From Monocercomonoides exilis PA203 (lineage: Eukaryota; Protista; Preaxostyla), in the NCBI GenBank assembly GCA_001643675.2, contig LSRY02000009.1, positions 1 through 64,000 on the forward strand: 64,000 nucleotides of DNA, in the 5' to 3' direction. The translations under genes were made by a program, and so were the position numbers. The notes beneath the pieces were generated by a model. The model worked only from the letters and a program-made list of their open reading frames with translations. It was not told the origin of the DNA and did not search any database. The first letter of the stretch is position 1. Each line of letters opens with the position of its first letter. This document shows positions 11,100 to 24,899 of the stretch, one piece after another.

Positions 11100-14000
11100 A
11101 ACTTCATCTTTTTCTTGTGAGTTGGCCGAATCGGTCATTATATGATGTGTTTATTTACAATCTTCATCGAATTTTTTGTTTGGGCCCCCTCTGCATAAAA
11201 ATCACCGATTCATTCAATCTTTCCAGTCAGATTGGACTCATTCAAACAATTGCTAATAAGCTCTGTACAAGATGTGATGAAGGCGCTATTCCTGACTTGA
11301 TAATGTTTGTCATATTTTTATCTTTTTGTTTTCATTGTTTTTATCATATTTCTTGTTTTTATTTTTTTTAACTTTTCAAACCCTCATTTTAATTTTTACA
11401 ATTTATTGATACGTAAACATATGAACAATCTCTTTTTTTGTTATAATTTCATTCAGTTTCTTCTTTTTAGAGTGGGCAATGGGTCTCCTCCACGATCACC
11501 TACCACCGTTTGTGTCATCATTGGAGTCAGAGCTGATGAAAAAGACTGAACCGGGAACCCTCTTCTGCGCATTTGGCTTCCTCTATTGTCACTGTGTTGC
11601 AGCTGACTGTTCATTCCACATGAAACGAGACTTCCTCTTCTCACAGACCACTAAACATTTCTTCTCTTCGTCGTCAACTTCTTCTTCTTCTTCTTCCTTC
11701 TCAAATCAGTCATCCACAAACCGCTTTGTAGTTTCCATGATCGAAAAAGTCAAATATACATCGCAAAATGCAGGAATTATCTTCTCTTTCCAATAAAAGT
11801 TCTCCTCTTTTAATGTCACTCCTTATCTTCTGTGAATGACACTCCATTCAAACACCACAGATCTCCTTCTCCTCCTCTTTTTTTTCTTACTTTGCCTCAA
11901 TAAATGATTTCAGCTTCCATCAAATGCTCTCTTTCCTCAAATATCCTCGACAGATAGAACATCTTTTTTGTGTAACATCACAAGCACAACCAGAGCTGCC
12001 ACGAGCCATCAATATGTGGATTCTTGCAGATCTTCAACATCTTCCAACTCATTCCAACGTTCTTCTTCTTTTGCAAGAACCTCCTTCCACCAAAAGGACA
12101 TCATTAGGCAGATTTCTTTGTTTCATTTACAACATTCAACCACTTTCGCATCTGCAGCCAGCTCCCCAATCAAAAAAGTCGTCTCTTTCTTCCTTTTTAC
12201 TCAATTTGTGCCACAGCTGCTGGGTATTTCAAGCACAGGTATTTATTAACAAAAAACAATAGACAGAAAAATGGAGTCTTTTGCATCATTTATTTTATTT
12301 AGCTAACAGCAGCGTCGGATGATGAGTTGAAGAAATTATTGTTCCCAAATGAGAAATTCATTAATGATATGGAGGTTATTTAGAGAAAGAAGGAGGAAGA
12401 GAGAAGGAGAGAGAAAAAGTGAAAAAGAAGGAAGAGAAATTGAAAAGACTGAAGATGAAGATAAAGAGATATCTGCGGAGCTATGCAGATGAAATATCAA
12501 CACTTTCTTCTTCAGCCTCTTCTTCTACACCAAATTCTGTTCTGAAGCTGCTCTCACATCAATCCATAGCATCCACCACTTCTCGGCTCCAATCAGAAAA
12601 CACGAGAGCCTTCGGCGTTTGGTTGCAGATTATTCCAATGACAGACGATTTGACAGAAGAATGTGTGTTTCCGGTGTGCGAATGTTTATGAGATAGAAAC
12701 AGACAAATGAAACAGAACAGGCATGGTCATAGAAATAATCATTATCATTGACATCAATACAGAAATCATCATCATCATCACATTTTTCTTCATCTTCCTC
12801 TTCATCCGAACAGTCAGAAGTGAATTCATCACAAGAAAGAGCAGAAAAAGCAGAAATTGATGAAATCATTGAACACTTCAAAAGAAAACATGCGCCGCGT
12901 CTGCTACTTCCTATGTTCGTTCCTCCACAAGAAGTAACCCTACAGAATCCGTCTTATGTGTCACGAAGACAAAGACAGAGAAAAAGCAATCAAAATTCTA
13001 TACAAACATTTTTGACTTATTCGACTGCTGGCAAAAGTACAGTAACAGGAACATCTCCTTCTTCATTGCCGAATAAATCTTTTCTTTCTCTTCCTCAGTC
13101 ATCTCCTTCACCCTCTCCTTCATCTTCATCTTCCTCATCTTCATCTTCATCTTCTTCATCTTCTCCAGCAGTAACTGACCTCTCTATCCATCCAAAACCA
13201 CCTCATCGCTCTGAAATTGCTATGGCGCGATGCATAAGAGCAACGCATCCTCTCTTCCTCAGATGCTATTTCAACCGCTGTGCACAAGTGGCTGCTGCTT
13301 CTGGTGCTTCGCGTTCTTCTTCCTCCTCTTCTTCTGTCAACCAATCAGAGCCAATTTCATTCAGAATCCATTCTTCTGCTTATTCCTCCATTCCACCTGC
13401 CATTTCAGCCACTTCTTCATTCAATTCCCCCACCTCCTCCATCACAAAGACACAAACTTCAACCTCTTCTTCTTCCTCTTCTTCTTTCTCTTCTTATTCT
13501 TATTCTTCTTCGTTGCTGCGCTTTTCTTGAAACAGATTTCCGACAGGCAAAGAGCAGCAGATTAGGAGGATGAAGCAATCGTTCGGAAGTGGAAGGAAAA
13601 GGCAACACTTTTTTCTCGCACAAGATGTGTTTGAAGCGCTGCAGCTGTTTGCAGAGTTTCGGATGGTGGAGCGGTATTCGGAGAATCTGGAGAAAAGGAT
13701 GAGAGAAAGAGAAAGAGAGAGAGAGCGAAGGAAAGAAAGAGAGGAGCAAGGAACGAGAGAAGAGAGGAGAGAATAATTAGAGAACTGATTAAGATGAGGA
13801 AGGCATTGAAATCTACAAATGATGAAAATAACAATGATGATGAAAAAGAAAATAAAGTGAAAGCAGAAGAAAATGAGAATTTATCATTGATTAGAAGAGA
13901 TTCTTTGAATGAAACCAAGAAAAATGAAGAAAGTGAATGCTTTTCCGACAGCTCCATCATCAGTGATGAAGAAGAGCGAAGAGAGAAGAGACACAAACAG

Positions 14001-16920
14001 AGAGAGAAACAGAGGTTGATGCGAAGGTATTACTAGGTGCTTGAGCTTCAACGTGTTTCTGTTGTGAATGAAGTGCTTTTGATGGTCAGGCCAAACCTGC
14101 TGCTTTCTCCTGCACCGATTAACGAGTCGATAAAAAGACCAGGAATTACTGTGAACGCTGTAAAAAATGAGGGGGATGGCGAAAAGTATGAGAAAGAAGA
14201 GAAAGAATGGAATAATTCTTTGAATGAAAATGGAAACAAGGAAGAATTTGAAGGAGATGAAGATGGAAAAGATGAGGAAAAGAAGTGATTTTGGAGGATT
14301 TAATGAACAACCCCAAAGCAGTATTTTCAAAAGCAAATATAATCAAACAGAAGCAGAAAAGAATGAAAACACGAAAGAATCAATTCAAAACGGTAAAAAA
14401 AGACGAAACGCGTTCAGATGAGCCAAAGCCAGAGCCTCTTTCATCGCTAGCTCAGCAAAAACAGCAGCAACAGAACATAACAACAATTTCCCCCACCTTC
14501 ATCTTCTCCTTCTCCTCAACATATACAATCCTCTTCAGAACGAGGCACCTTTGGAACAATACACTTTACGCGAGGGAAGCGAATGGACGGTGGATGAAGA
14601 GGATTCGGAGGGAGAGCTTTGATTGCGTACAGCCAAGAGATGGAGATGGGGAGAGGGGCTGTTGGTACACCTACAACTCCGCTGTCACCTGCTGTTGGAG
14701 GAGGAGGAATTGGAGGAGGAGGAGGATGGGTGACGTTGAGTGTGATGGGAATGAAGGATTTGAACAAAGAAGTGACAAGGGCGATGCAAGATGAGCTTCA
14801 GAATGAGAAAGGGAAAGTGGACGATGAAGAGGCGAAGATCATGTTCAGTTCATTGGAATCTAATGATCAGAGAGAAAAACTGCTTCGGCTGATGAAACAA
14901 CAGGAAATACAGAAGAAGAAAAAGGAGAAAAAAGAAAAGCGGGAGCGCAGGAAAATTGAGAAAGAAGAAAAAGACAAGAATCTGTTTAGCAGCATCCAAG
15001 GAATACTGCAACCTTAAATTGAGATAGGCACACCAATTAACCAGAAGGAGAACAAAATGGCAAGCGAGGCGCAACAAGAGTCAAAAGAAACCCAGACGCC
15101 GGTTTTGACAAGAGAGCTGAAATTGGACTGCATGCTGAATGATTTAGCTAATTCTGACCTGGAAGATTTGAGCGATGAACTGGATTTGCCTTGCCGCTAT
15201 GCGCGAATCAAAAGCGAGGAAAACGGTCAATTTGTGTGGAAGATGCGGAAGGTTACTGTGTATGATGTACTTGATGCGAGGCAGATGAGAACGCGGTTGG
15301 ATCTGATGAGGCTCTGAAGAGCGGGCTGAGGCAGAGCAGGGCGGAGTTGAGAAGAGGAAGGGGGATGAAGTGGAGGGGCTTGTGGCCATACAAAGAGGAA
15401 ACAGAAATTACACACAGAAAGGAAAGAAAAGGAACAGGGAAAGGATCGCTTCTGCTGTTTCAGAAGGAGAAATGGACAAGAACATTCAGTCAGAGCAGCG
15501 TGCCTGGAAGAAGAGATGCACTGTCGAAGCTGTTTTCTTTGCTGTCGTTATCAAAATTTGAGTCTTTCTTCACGTTGAAGAAGAATTCAATGGCAATGGA
15601 TCTGATGCAGAAATAACCTGCCCTCAATTCGGTTGCGCCTTTTGATTCAGCTGCTGATCTTGCTGTAAATACAAACATTGCTCTTCATCCTCTTTCTCAT
15701 TGCGCCTCTTCACTTGTCGATTCATCCTTTTTAATGAACATCCAACTTCAATCTTCTCCTTCTCTCAGAACATCTTTATCTCCTTCACTGCAGTCCCAAG
15801 CTAAACTTCCATCTTCTACTAGTCTTGCTGATCCTGGCTCTCTTTCTCTACTCTCACGTCCTGCTCTATTTTCGTCTCCTTCTCTTTCATTCAGCTCCCG
15901 TCAAATTCATCATCAGGCCTCATCTTTTATTTTCTTTTCCGAAACGCAAAAGGATTATATATTCTATAACGAAATATCAGCTGAAATTATATGTCAATGG
16001 AAGTGATTCAATATCAAACCAAGAATAGCCGATCATTGGGTGCACAATCTTTAAAGATCGAATCTGACATTTTTCATTTGGAAGTTGAAAGAATTCTCAG
16101 AAAACAGAAAGATCAAGGCAGAAGACAATATTTGGAATTAATGATTATATGGATGATCTTCGAGAGATCGCATTATAACATGCACCTTCAGTGAGCAATT
16201 GAAGATGAAACAGAGAAAGAAAGCAATTTTGAAGAAAAGGCATATTTGAAGGATAATTCTATGAGATGAGAGCTTCGAAAGCCAACAGGCAAGTTGGAAT
16301 CAGTGAAACAAAAGAAACAGATATTTTTGAAGAGCTTGTTGATATGCTTGAAGAAATGCATGTTGAAGAGAAAAAATAGTGATTCCTTAGGAAACAAGTG
16401 GAATTTGCATTTGATGAAAAGGAGAAAATAGAAGAGGAAATATCGAAGAAATATTTATATTTGAGCTGACGTTAAGTATTTTGGTAAAATTAAGTGATAT
16501 GTTCTTCAGTTGAAGAAGCGATGAAGTCTCATGTATTTTTCTATGACATGGAAAATGGCGAAAATGAGAAAATGAAGGAAAGGAAAGAACGTAAGAAAAA
16601 GTTTATCATTTCCAGTGATTATGGTGTCAACTGCGCTGAAAGTGAGAGGTTGAGTTGGAACAAATGTTGAGGAAAGGAGGGTGAGGGAGGCGTCTTGGAG
16701 GAGGGAATGAAGCCGTTGAGGGCAAACTCGATGGATGCGCATGGGGTCTGTTGGGGTCTGCCACAGGCATCAGCATCGACATAACTTCCACCATTTGCAA
16801 CGACTTTATTCTGGTCGATGAGGGGGAGCAAGCTATTGAACTCAGCTTTTCTAATTATCCACGATTTCGTTGAACGGTTGATGAAGCAATTGAACCGAAT
16901 TAAAGGAAAGGACATTTGTT
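11100..16920 (+). pseudogene. Fragmented long low-complexity (Ser/Glu/Lys-rich) hypothetical gene
   Basis: Chain of + strand ORFs (12748-13530, 13570-13776, 13794-14036, 14037-14288, 14619-15017, 15057-15317) broken by stops and frameshifts. Composition resembles the intact genes at 39-48 kb. No domain recognised; boundaries approximate. Confidence 0.4.
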
Positions 16921-17309
16921 AGCTGTTCAAAGACGAAAAGAAAAAAGAGAAATAACTATTATTAGTAAATTGGTTTCAATAATTTTGTTTTCTTATCGTT
17001 TTTTCGTTCTTATTTTAAATTTTTTCTTTTCAATGTTTTGTTTTTTCAGTTTAGAAATATCTATTTTCCTTTTAAAGATTGATTTTTCTTTTTTTTTTTG
17101 AAACTTGATCAAAAAACTCTTTTTAATGAAAAAAAGGTATGTTTTTTTGTTCTTATAAATTTTACAAATATATATGACAGAAATAAATGCTAAATACTTG
17201 CAAAAAAACAAATTAACTCTTTGATCAATAAATACCACTATAGATTTATTTTTTCAATTTTTGATCTTTTTTTATGATATCAAAAAAAATCACCCATATG
17301 ACCTGACTT

Positions 17310-18240
17310 TAATTTGTGTACCATGTCTTTTGAAAGTTTCATTAAAGAAAGGTGAAGGCGTGGAAATTCAATTGGAAGTGGAAGTGGCTTTACTGGCTTT
17401 GAGCAATATTTTTTTAAGTGTATGTTAATTTTTATTTCATTTTTGAAGTTATTGATTTTTTCCGATTTTTATTAGGAAGTGCCAAAAGAACTGTATTTGA
17501 ATGAAATCAAAGAGATAATCCAATATCATCAAGAGCATCACAACCTCACTCGACTTGCCTATCAATCTTCTTGGAATTTTTTGATTTTCAGATTGGTCAA
17601 TGATGAAAGCTTGGATGAAGTGATTGTGAATGAACTGCATTTCGCAAGAGAAGCATCAAGAGAATTGGAAGAATTGTCGAAATGTGTGGATTGGAAGAGA
17701 AAAGAAGAAGAAATGTGCAAATAAGAAGCGAATGGAGTGCAAGTTATTAAGGGATGGATGAAAACATTGGTGTGCTTCTATGAAAACTGTCTGTTGTGGA
17801 ATGAAGAATATGTTGGACTTTTAAGCAGCATTGTTCGGATATATCGAACAGCGAAGGATAAATTCAGAGAAATTAGCTGCTGGTGTGTTTTTTCCTTGAG
17901 AAATGCAGCGAGTGACGGAGCTGTACCAGTTGATGACTTGCTGAAAAGTGGAGCAGTTGATGCTGTTTTGGAGAAGATTCTGCAACAAACATTAAATAAA
18001 GATTTTATGCGTGATTATTTGGATTTCTTTTTGAAGATTTCAGAAAGACAAAAAGACGAGGAGAAAGACAAACTGAAGGAAGCGAAAAGAAAAGAGTTGA
18101 AAAGAAAGATATTTGAAGAGCTTGAAGAAGAAGGATACGAGGATATCATCACAAGTTTTCATGGAACTTTTTGTTTTCTGAGCAGAATACACTATCTTTT
18201 TTTGTCGTTGGATGTTTCAGTTTATTTTGTAAACGTTTAG
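17310..18240 (+). pseudogene. Repeated ~430-aa gene family, copy 1 (5'-truncated, internal stop)
   Basis: Family motifs KELYLNEIKEIIQYHQEHHNLTRLAYQS, ELHFAREASRELEEL, EEEGYED, YFVNV*. In-frame TAA at 17722. Upstream exon retains only CVPCLLKV...ALLALS. Confidence 0.85.
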
Positions 18241-18489
18241 CCAAATTCTTTTCATTTGGCTTTGTTTCTCTAATTTTCAATTTTTCTTTTTTTTTTTCAT
18301 CATTTCACTGACGCCAAAGATTATACAAAATGAAAGGCTTTCTTTCAAATTATTAATTTTGCAAGCATAATTTTGTTATCAAACAAATAAATAAAGCAAA
18401 AAATCATCAATTTGTTGGGAAATCTTTCATAAAGAACCAAATAAAAATTGTTTCTTTTCAAAAATTCTCGTTCAGAATAATGTTTTGTG

Positions 18490-19017
18490 GGTAAGATGTA
18501 ACATATTGGGTCCCGATTTTTATTGTGAAATAAAACCAATATTTCACCAAATTTGACACACGAAAATATTATCATTTTCCTTATGATGTTTTTGGTTTTG
18601 GAAAATTGTGATTTTTATAGAAAAATCCTATCAGTTAATTATTTGTAAATCATAATCACTCAATTGGTGTGACAAATCTTTTCAAAAATTTTTATGGATA
18701 ATGAAAAGAAAACTTCAAAGATGACGAAATATCTACAGATTCTGTTAATAACGACAATTTTTTTTGTGGATTTTTTGATAAAAGGATAATTTAGAAGAAA
18801 ATCCGTTGGTTTTTGTATAAAATATTTTATGTTTTTATAAATATTTGTAAATACTGGTTTAATTTTTGGTAACGAAACTGAAATTCACAACTTATTTGTT
18901 AATCGTTGAAACTTAATTACACATTTATTAATCGAATTTTCAACAATGAAGTATTTTTTTTAATAATTCAAGATGATTTCTATGAAAATTTTCGGACCCA
19001 ATAAGTTACACTTTACC
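18490..19017. mobile_element. 528-bp non-autonomous element (MITE), Merlin-type ends
   Basis: TIRs GGTAAGATGTAACATATTGGGTCC / GGTAAAGTGTAACTTATTGGGTCC (21/24). Perfect 8-bp TSD GTTTTGTG at 18482-18489 and 19018-19025. AT-rich non-coding interior. Confidence 0.85.
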
Positions 19018-22000
19018 GTTTTGTGTGTGATTATTAAAGTGAATATCACGCGAAGACATCAAATAAAAATCAGATTTTTTTATCTTGTTCAATTTTGATG
19101 AAATGAAGAAATAAAAAAGAGAATTAAATTGATTTTCATTTCTCTCTTTTCTTTTTTGGAAATCTTCATCTAATCATTTGTTTGCTCGAATTTTTCATTA
19201 AAAAATCGTTATTCACTTATTCATTCATCTGCTTCTAAGCCTCTTCTCTTCTCTTTTGAAATGTCTCTAGCAGCTCCAGTGTCTTTCATGATATTTCCAC
19301 ATTCAAGCTGATCTTAGTAAAGCTGAAGAAGAGAAATTTAAAATCTTTTTTTAAAAGGAGTTATAGACACAAACGCAAACGGAAAGAAAATAATGATTTT
19401 TTGTATGTATGGTAGAGAATGAAAAGATTGAAGAAAATAGAAGTTGAAAAAGAAGAAATTATGTGATAATTGATTGAAGAAGAAAGAGGAAGAAGAAGAA
19501 GAGGAAGAAGAAAAGGAAGAGGAAGAAGGAGGAGAATGAGGAGAAGGAGGAAGCGGATTCTTCGATTCCAACGTTTTCTTCGAAGTTTCTGGTATTTTCA
19601 AATTTTTGTTTTTGATAAGCGAAATGTGAATGAGAAGTGTGGCCGATGGATAACTTCATGGGATGCTCAAAATTAAGAAAAGCTGAGAAGATATATAAAT
19701 TAAAACGTATAAATAATATTGAAGCCAATAAGAAACATGAGAACCAGAAAACAGAAAATGATGAATTTTGAAATTGAATAAATATCGATTTTAATAAGAA
19801 AAACAAAAAGAATAAAAAAATAATGAAAAAAAAAACATTTCAATAATATTCACTTTTTCTTCTCCCTTTAATTTTTTATCCCCTTCCATCTTCATCCACA
19901 CCTTGAAGCATCAACGGAACATCCTTCCTTCAGCCTAGTTGGAATCACATTCGACGACAAAACCAAAACGGCATCAGAAACTCTTCTTTCACCTCTTTTT
20001 GGATCGATTTCAATGTTTCTGTTGAAAGAGCTGCTAAAACACAAACAGCATTTCTTCAGTTGGTTTTGTATCTTCCTTTGTTCTTTTGACAAGTTAAATT
20101 GCAACTCGCTCGCAAAATGTGTCAAGTCAAAAACAAAAAATTCCAAACGAGTTCAGAGTCTTTTCAGACTGATTATTTCTCCGATAGCTTTCTTGATAAG
20201 CGATTTTTTTCCTCTGAATACTCGTTTTATTGCTTCAGAAGTCTTAATGCGAAGAAAGTCGAAGGCAGAAAAGTCGAAACAGAAGAGCAATGAGACAAAA
20301 GAATGGGAAATGGAGGAATGATTTTGAGAAGAGAGAAAGGAGAAGAAGCAGTGCGCGAAGGGATATATGTGCTTAACTGCAGGAGAGAAAGAGAGGGCTA
20401 AGTCGGCTGTTACAAATGCTCTGGAGGCGGAATTGAAGGTTTTGAGTTCATTTTGTTCAAAATAATAAAAGGAAAAATGAAAATAATTAATTTTAAATAA
20501 TAATAAAAAACATGTAAATTGGAAGTATTAATGAAAAGAAATTATTGTGATTGAAAATAAATGCATAAATAATACATAAAGCCACATATAAACCATTAAC
20601 AAACCTTGTACGCAAGTGTGCCTTCTTGAACAGCTTTCCTTCCCTCCACCGTCCTTCACAACACGTCTCTTTCTTCCTCTTCTCCTCCTCCTTCTGCCCT
20701 TTCAGCAACCTCTTCGCCTTCTCCCTCTTCCACTCTCTCATCACATCCACCAGCTCCATCTGGTTCACCAGCACAAATGCTGCTTCTGTTTCGACTTCTC
20801 TTTCTTTCCTAAATCAGCCTGTTAAAATGTACAAGTTCATTCGCATAGCCCAACTGCTCTTGTATTTCCCAGCTGTACTGTGAACAGAACCAGCCGCCAA
20901 AGACAGCCGACCACCCGTTCCTTGTACATTAGTAGCGTTTGTCTGTCACTTACTGCTTTTCTCGTGTTTCTCAGGCAAAGCATAAGTTTTTTCATGAAAG
21001 ACAAAACGCATTCGAGTTCGGTTGATATAATTTCGCGTTGTTTGGTGGAAAATGAATCGTCAATTCGAAATTCTTCTTCTTATTCTTATTCTTATTCATC
21101 ACCTTCTTCACCTTCTTCACCTTTTTCTTCTTCCTCTTCCTCTTCTTCACTCTCCTTCCTCCATTTCCTTCACCTCCTTCTTTTCCCTCCACAACAGCTC
21201 CGTTTGCATCAGTTCTGTTGCCTGCGCCAGTGCCCAACCCGCTGCCAAGCCCTGCATCTATCGCATTCCCTGTTCCAACCAAAGCCCCAGCTCTAGTCAA
21301 GACTTCCTTCCTTTGTTTGTTTCTCGGCTTCTTCTTTCCACAAGAATGATCTTCTTCGCACAGCACATCGCCCACGTGGAAGCCCTTCCGCCGGCAGAGT
21401 GATTGGAGCAGGTGGGGAGCCCTTGCAGAGTGCAAGGGAATACTCGCACTGCTTATGTTGGATGTACGGCGCACAGAGAAAGGCAAAGACACAATGGGCG
21501 AAGGCTTTGGCTACACGAAGGCATGTCATATTCTTCGGTGAAAGGGAGGAGGTGTGAAGTGGCGGAAGCGTTGTGTGAAGATTAAGATGGAAATTCTGCG
21601 GAACGATGTTGTGAGGAAGTCGTAGATGAATGAGGTTTCAAAGAATGGAGCTTCAGTACAAGATGTGTTGCATCATCCATTACAGCTGAGGATGGCAATC
21701 GGAAAGATATCGAATCACGCTCGGCTTCTTCATGAATAGAATTTTCATGCATAAGGCCCAATCTCTTGGAGAAGCACTCGCTTTAAGGAAATTTTCACTT
21801 TACACCTTTATTTACGTTTCAATGAGAAAAATGTGCCAATGATAATGGTTCAGAGCCAATGGCTTAAACTACATTTAAAACTCCTCTTTCAAGCATTCCA
21901 TCAACTTGCCTTTAAACGTATTCTTCTTTGGCGCATCTTTAGGCATCTGTATGTCATTTTTTAATGAAGAAGAACCAAAATATTCAGAAAAATGCTAATA

Positions 22001-22789
22001 CCAGTTTGATTATCGAGCAAGAGGTTTGCTTATTTGTAAATGCATCTAAATGAGAAAAGTCGTCCTCCTTAAACGATTCAATGAATGATTCAATTATTTC
22101 TTGAAACAGCTTGACAGCAATTCGAATATCCAATACTTTATCTGTGAAATTGGTAAATCCGTCATTTTTTCAAAAATTCAAATTACCATTGTTCTGTAGA
22201 TTTCTTAAATTCATTGTCACAATTATCACTGCTGCAAAATTGTATTATCAATGAACAGGTTGAATATTATTCGAAATTTGCAAATTTCACCTAAAATATG
22301 AAGATTACAATTCTATAAAACCCTTTAGAAATATTTTCAACTCATGTCGCTGTGGCTACTGTTATAATTAGCAAGGAGAAGCTCCATACACCTCAAACTT
22401 CTCTTTTTTATCTAAAAAACTTATGATCAATAAATAATAATATTTGAGGTTTTTTTCCTTAACATTGTCAGAATACTAAGGCTTGGTTAGAATATTATAA
22501 AATCTTGTTGTTTATCATATTATATATTGTTCATAAGTCACATGAGTATGACAAATTGCAAAAATGGTTTAAAGAGGAATAAAAAAAAACATTTTTTGAT
22601 CAATATAGTCATTTTCGAATTTTCATTAAAAAAGTAACTTATTTGTATAAAAAAGCCGAGAAAAAAAGAAATATATTTTTGAATATTATTAATAAAAAAA
22701 ATAACAATAATAATAAAATTTAAGGTTTGTATTCATACACCATTTATTATTTATATTTGGTAAACTAATTATTCGAAAGTGTTTAACCA

Positions 22790-23536
22790 ATCATTTAAAA
22801 TTGTAAAACTTTTTATTCGAAATTGGAAAACTTCTTATTCAAAATCAATAAATTTAAGTATTTTTAAAAAAACTATTTGTGAAAAAATGATTTTTTGCTG
22901 AGTATCGGAAAGTGAAAATAATATTAAATTTTTTCATTATCAATAAAAAGGATAAAAAAATAGAACCTCTAAAATTATTATTTGTGAATAAACATGGAAA
23001 TTTCTGATTTTTCAGAAAAAAATCGTCATCCATGAAATCGAATAATTTTCAAATAAATAAATCTCACATTATTTGATTACACATCATTCAATCAAAATAC
23101 ATTATTTATTTACATAAATATTCAGAAGATCAATAAAAACAATAGAAGAATTCCGAATATGCATTTATGGATTGATTCACTAATAAAACATTCTTGTTTC
23201 CAGTTTGTAAAATTGATGCAAATAATTTTGTTTATTGAATAATTCATTTACTTACAATGTGAGATTTATTTATTTGAAAATTATTCGATTTCATGGATGA
23301 CGATTTTTTTCTGAAAAATCAGAAATTTCCATGTTTATTCACAAATAATAATTTTAGAGGTTCTATTTTTTTATCCTTTTTATTGATAATGAAAAAATTT
23401 AATATTATTTTCACTTTCCGATACTCAGCAAAAAATCATTTTTTCACAAATAGTTTTTTTAAAAATACTCAAATTTATTGATTTTGAATAAGAAGTTTTC
23501 TAATTTCGAATTAAAAGTTTAACAATTTTGAATGAT
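22790..23536. repeat. Long inverted repeat / fold-back: 281-bp arms, 185-bp spacer
   Basis: 22790-23070 is the reverse complement of 23256-23536. The few mismatches lie in the outer ~70 bp. No TSD seen. Confidence 0.9.
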
Positions 23537-23749
23537 AAATGATAAATTTAATTGTCTTATCTTTTGCTCCGAAATCTTCATAAGATTCAACATTGCAATT
23601 TTCGTTGAAAATATTTTCTATGTCTGTAATTTCATCAATTTCTTCTGTAATTTCTTCTTCTTCTACTTTTAAAGAAACAGGAACAATATCCTTTTCAAAG
23701 CACAGATTTTTTTTTACTGCATGAACGTCAAATCAAACGTTGATTTCAC

Positions 23750-24470
23750 AAAAATTGTGAAAGATATACATGCGTTAATCTGATCCTTGTGCTAAATAAA
23801 GGGAAAGTGCATAGCAAATGTTGTTATTATCCTTCAATTGTGTTTGTTTATGCACCAGTTTCTGGGTTTCGGAAATGTCTTTTTTCACACACATTGATGT
23901 TTATATCCAAGTGTTTCCAGTCAAGAATAATCGCGCTATTGATCGGATATAATTAATATTCCAGCTTTGATGTCTTATTTGATAATTGGAATTAAAGTAT
24001 CCTTTTTTCCGTTTGGAGCGACAACCATAAACCATTTTTTTTCTCTCCACCTCCCTCTGATATTTCCACACTTCAAAAAATCCACACTTGCTTTTTCTTT
24101 CTTCCTATCCTGTTCTCCCGTTTTTTCCAGATTGCTTCATCAATTTCAACTGTTGTTCACTCGCCTCCAATCACTTGCTGTCTTTCGTTCCACATTTATG
24201 AGCAAGCGCACCGAATCACACTTCCCCAGTATCCGACTGTGTCTATTTAAACAAAAAGAAGCAAAGAAATTGTTTTGTTTTGAATACCTAGCCAGTAATA
24301 TAAACAATTCAGAAAAGTCATTCTTAGTCCAATCTTTATTCTGCTAAAAGATGTTCCTGAAAGAATGCTTTTTTTGATCTTGTATTTTGGACAAGTGTAA
24401 TAGTGATAATTCTTATCATGATAAATTCGTTGATAACATTTGGAAATTGGGTTCATTGAAAGGTTCATGC
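23750..24470 (-). pseudogene. Decayed Merlin (IS1016/IS1595-like) DDE transposase
   Basis: Manual minus-strand translation: KKSILSGTSF...VIGGE*TTVEIDE(24150-24136)AIWKKRENRIGR...QVWIF...DTLIPIIK*DIKAGILIISD(23947-23942)Q*RDYS*LETLGYKH...FRNPETGA*TNTIEG(23847-23830). Motif order matches Merlin; multiple stops and frameshifts. Confidence 0.85.
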
Positions 24471-24899
24471 AATCATTTCTCTTTTGAAAAATTTCTGCAA
24501 ACTATTTTCATCCGAAAAGAGTTTTTTTTTTAGGAAAAAAATATTTCTCTCTTCAAAAAAATTTCGATCGAGAACAATGAGATCAACAAAAAATTCGTTG
24601 CTTTTATTTGGTTTTTGTGAAATTTTTATTGTGTTTAGTTATTAATTTGAAATTTTATATTCAATAAAAGAATTTCTAAGGGTTTAATTTTTTTGAATGT
24701 TCTTTTATGCTATTGATAAACTTATCGAAATATAATTATTAAAATGTTTTTTGGCTGGGATGATATAAACGGATCATACCAAAAAAGAAGGAAAGATAGA
24801 TAGATTGATAGAAAAAAGATAAAGAAAAAAAGAAAAACATAAAAACAAAAAGATCGAAAAAGAACGATTTTTGAGTTCAAAAATTGAATGAGTTTCATT

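Noticed and set aside
16620-16920. GVCWGLP motif reminiscent of CheB methylesterase
   Set aside because: No other CheB motifs; lies in a decayed region.
19890-22200. Coding-like minus-strand fragments
   Set aside because: No consistent gene model or recognisable domain; probably gene debris.
22759-24745. GGTAAACTAATTATTCGAAAG at 22759 as a TIR of the Merlin fossil, paired with ~24721
   Set aside because: The partner match is poor, lacks the terminal TTACC, and has no TSD.
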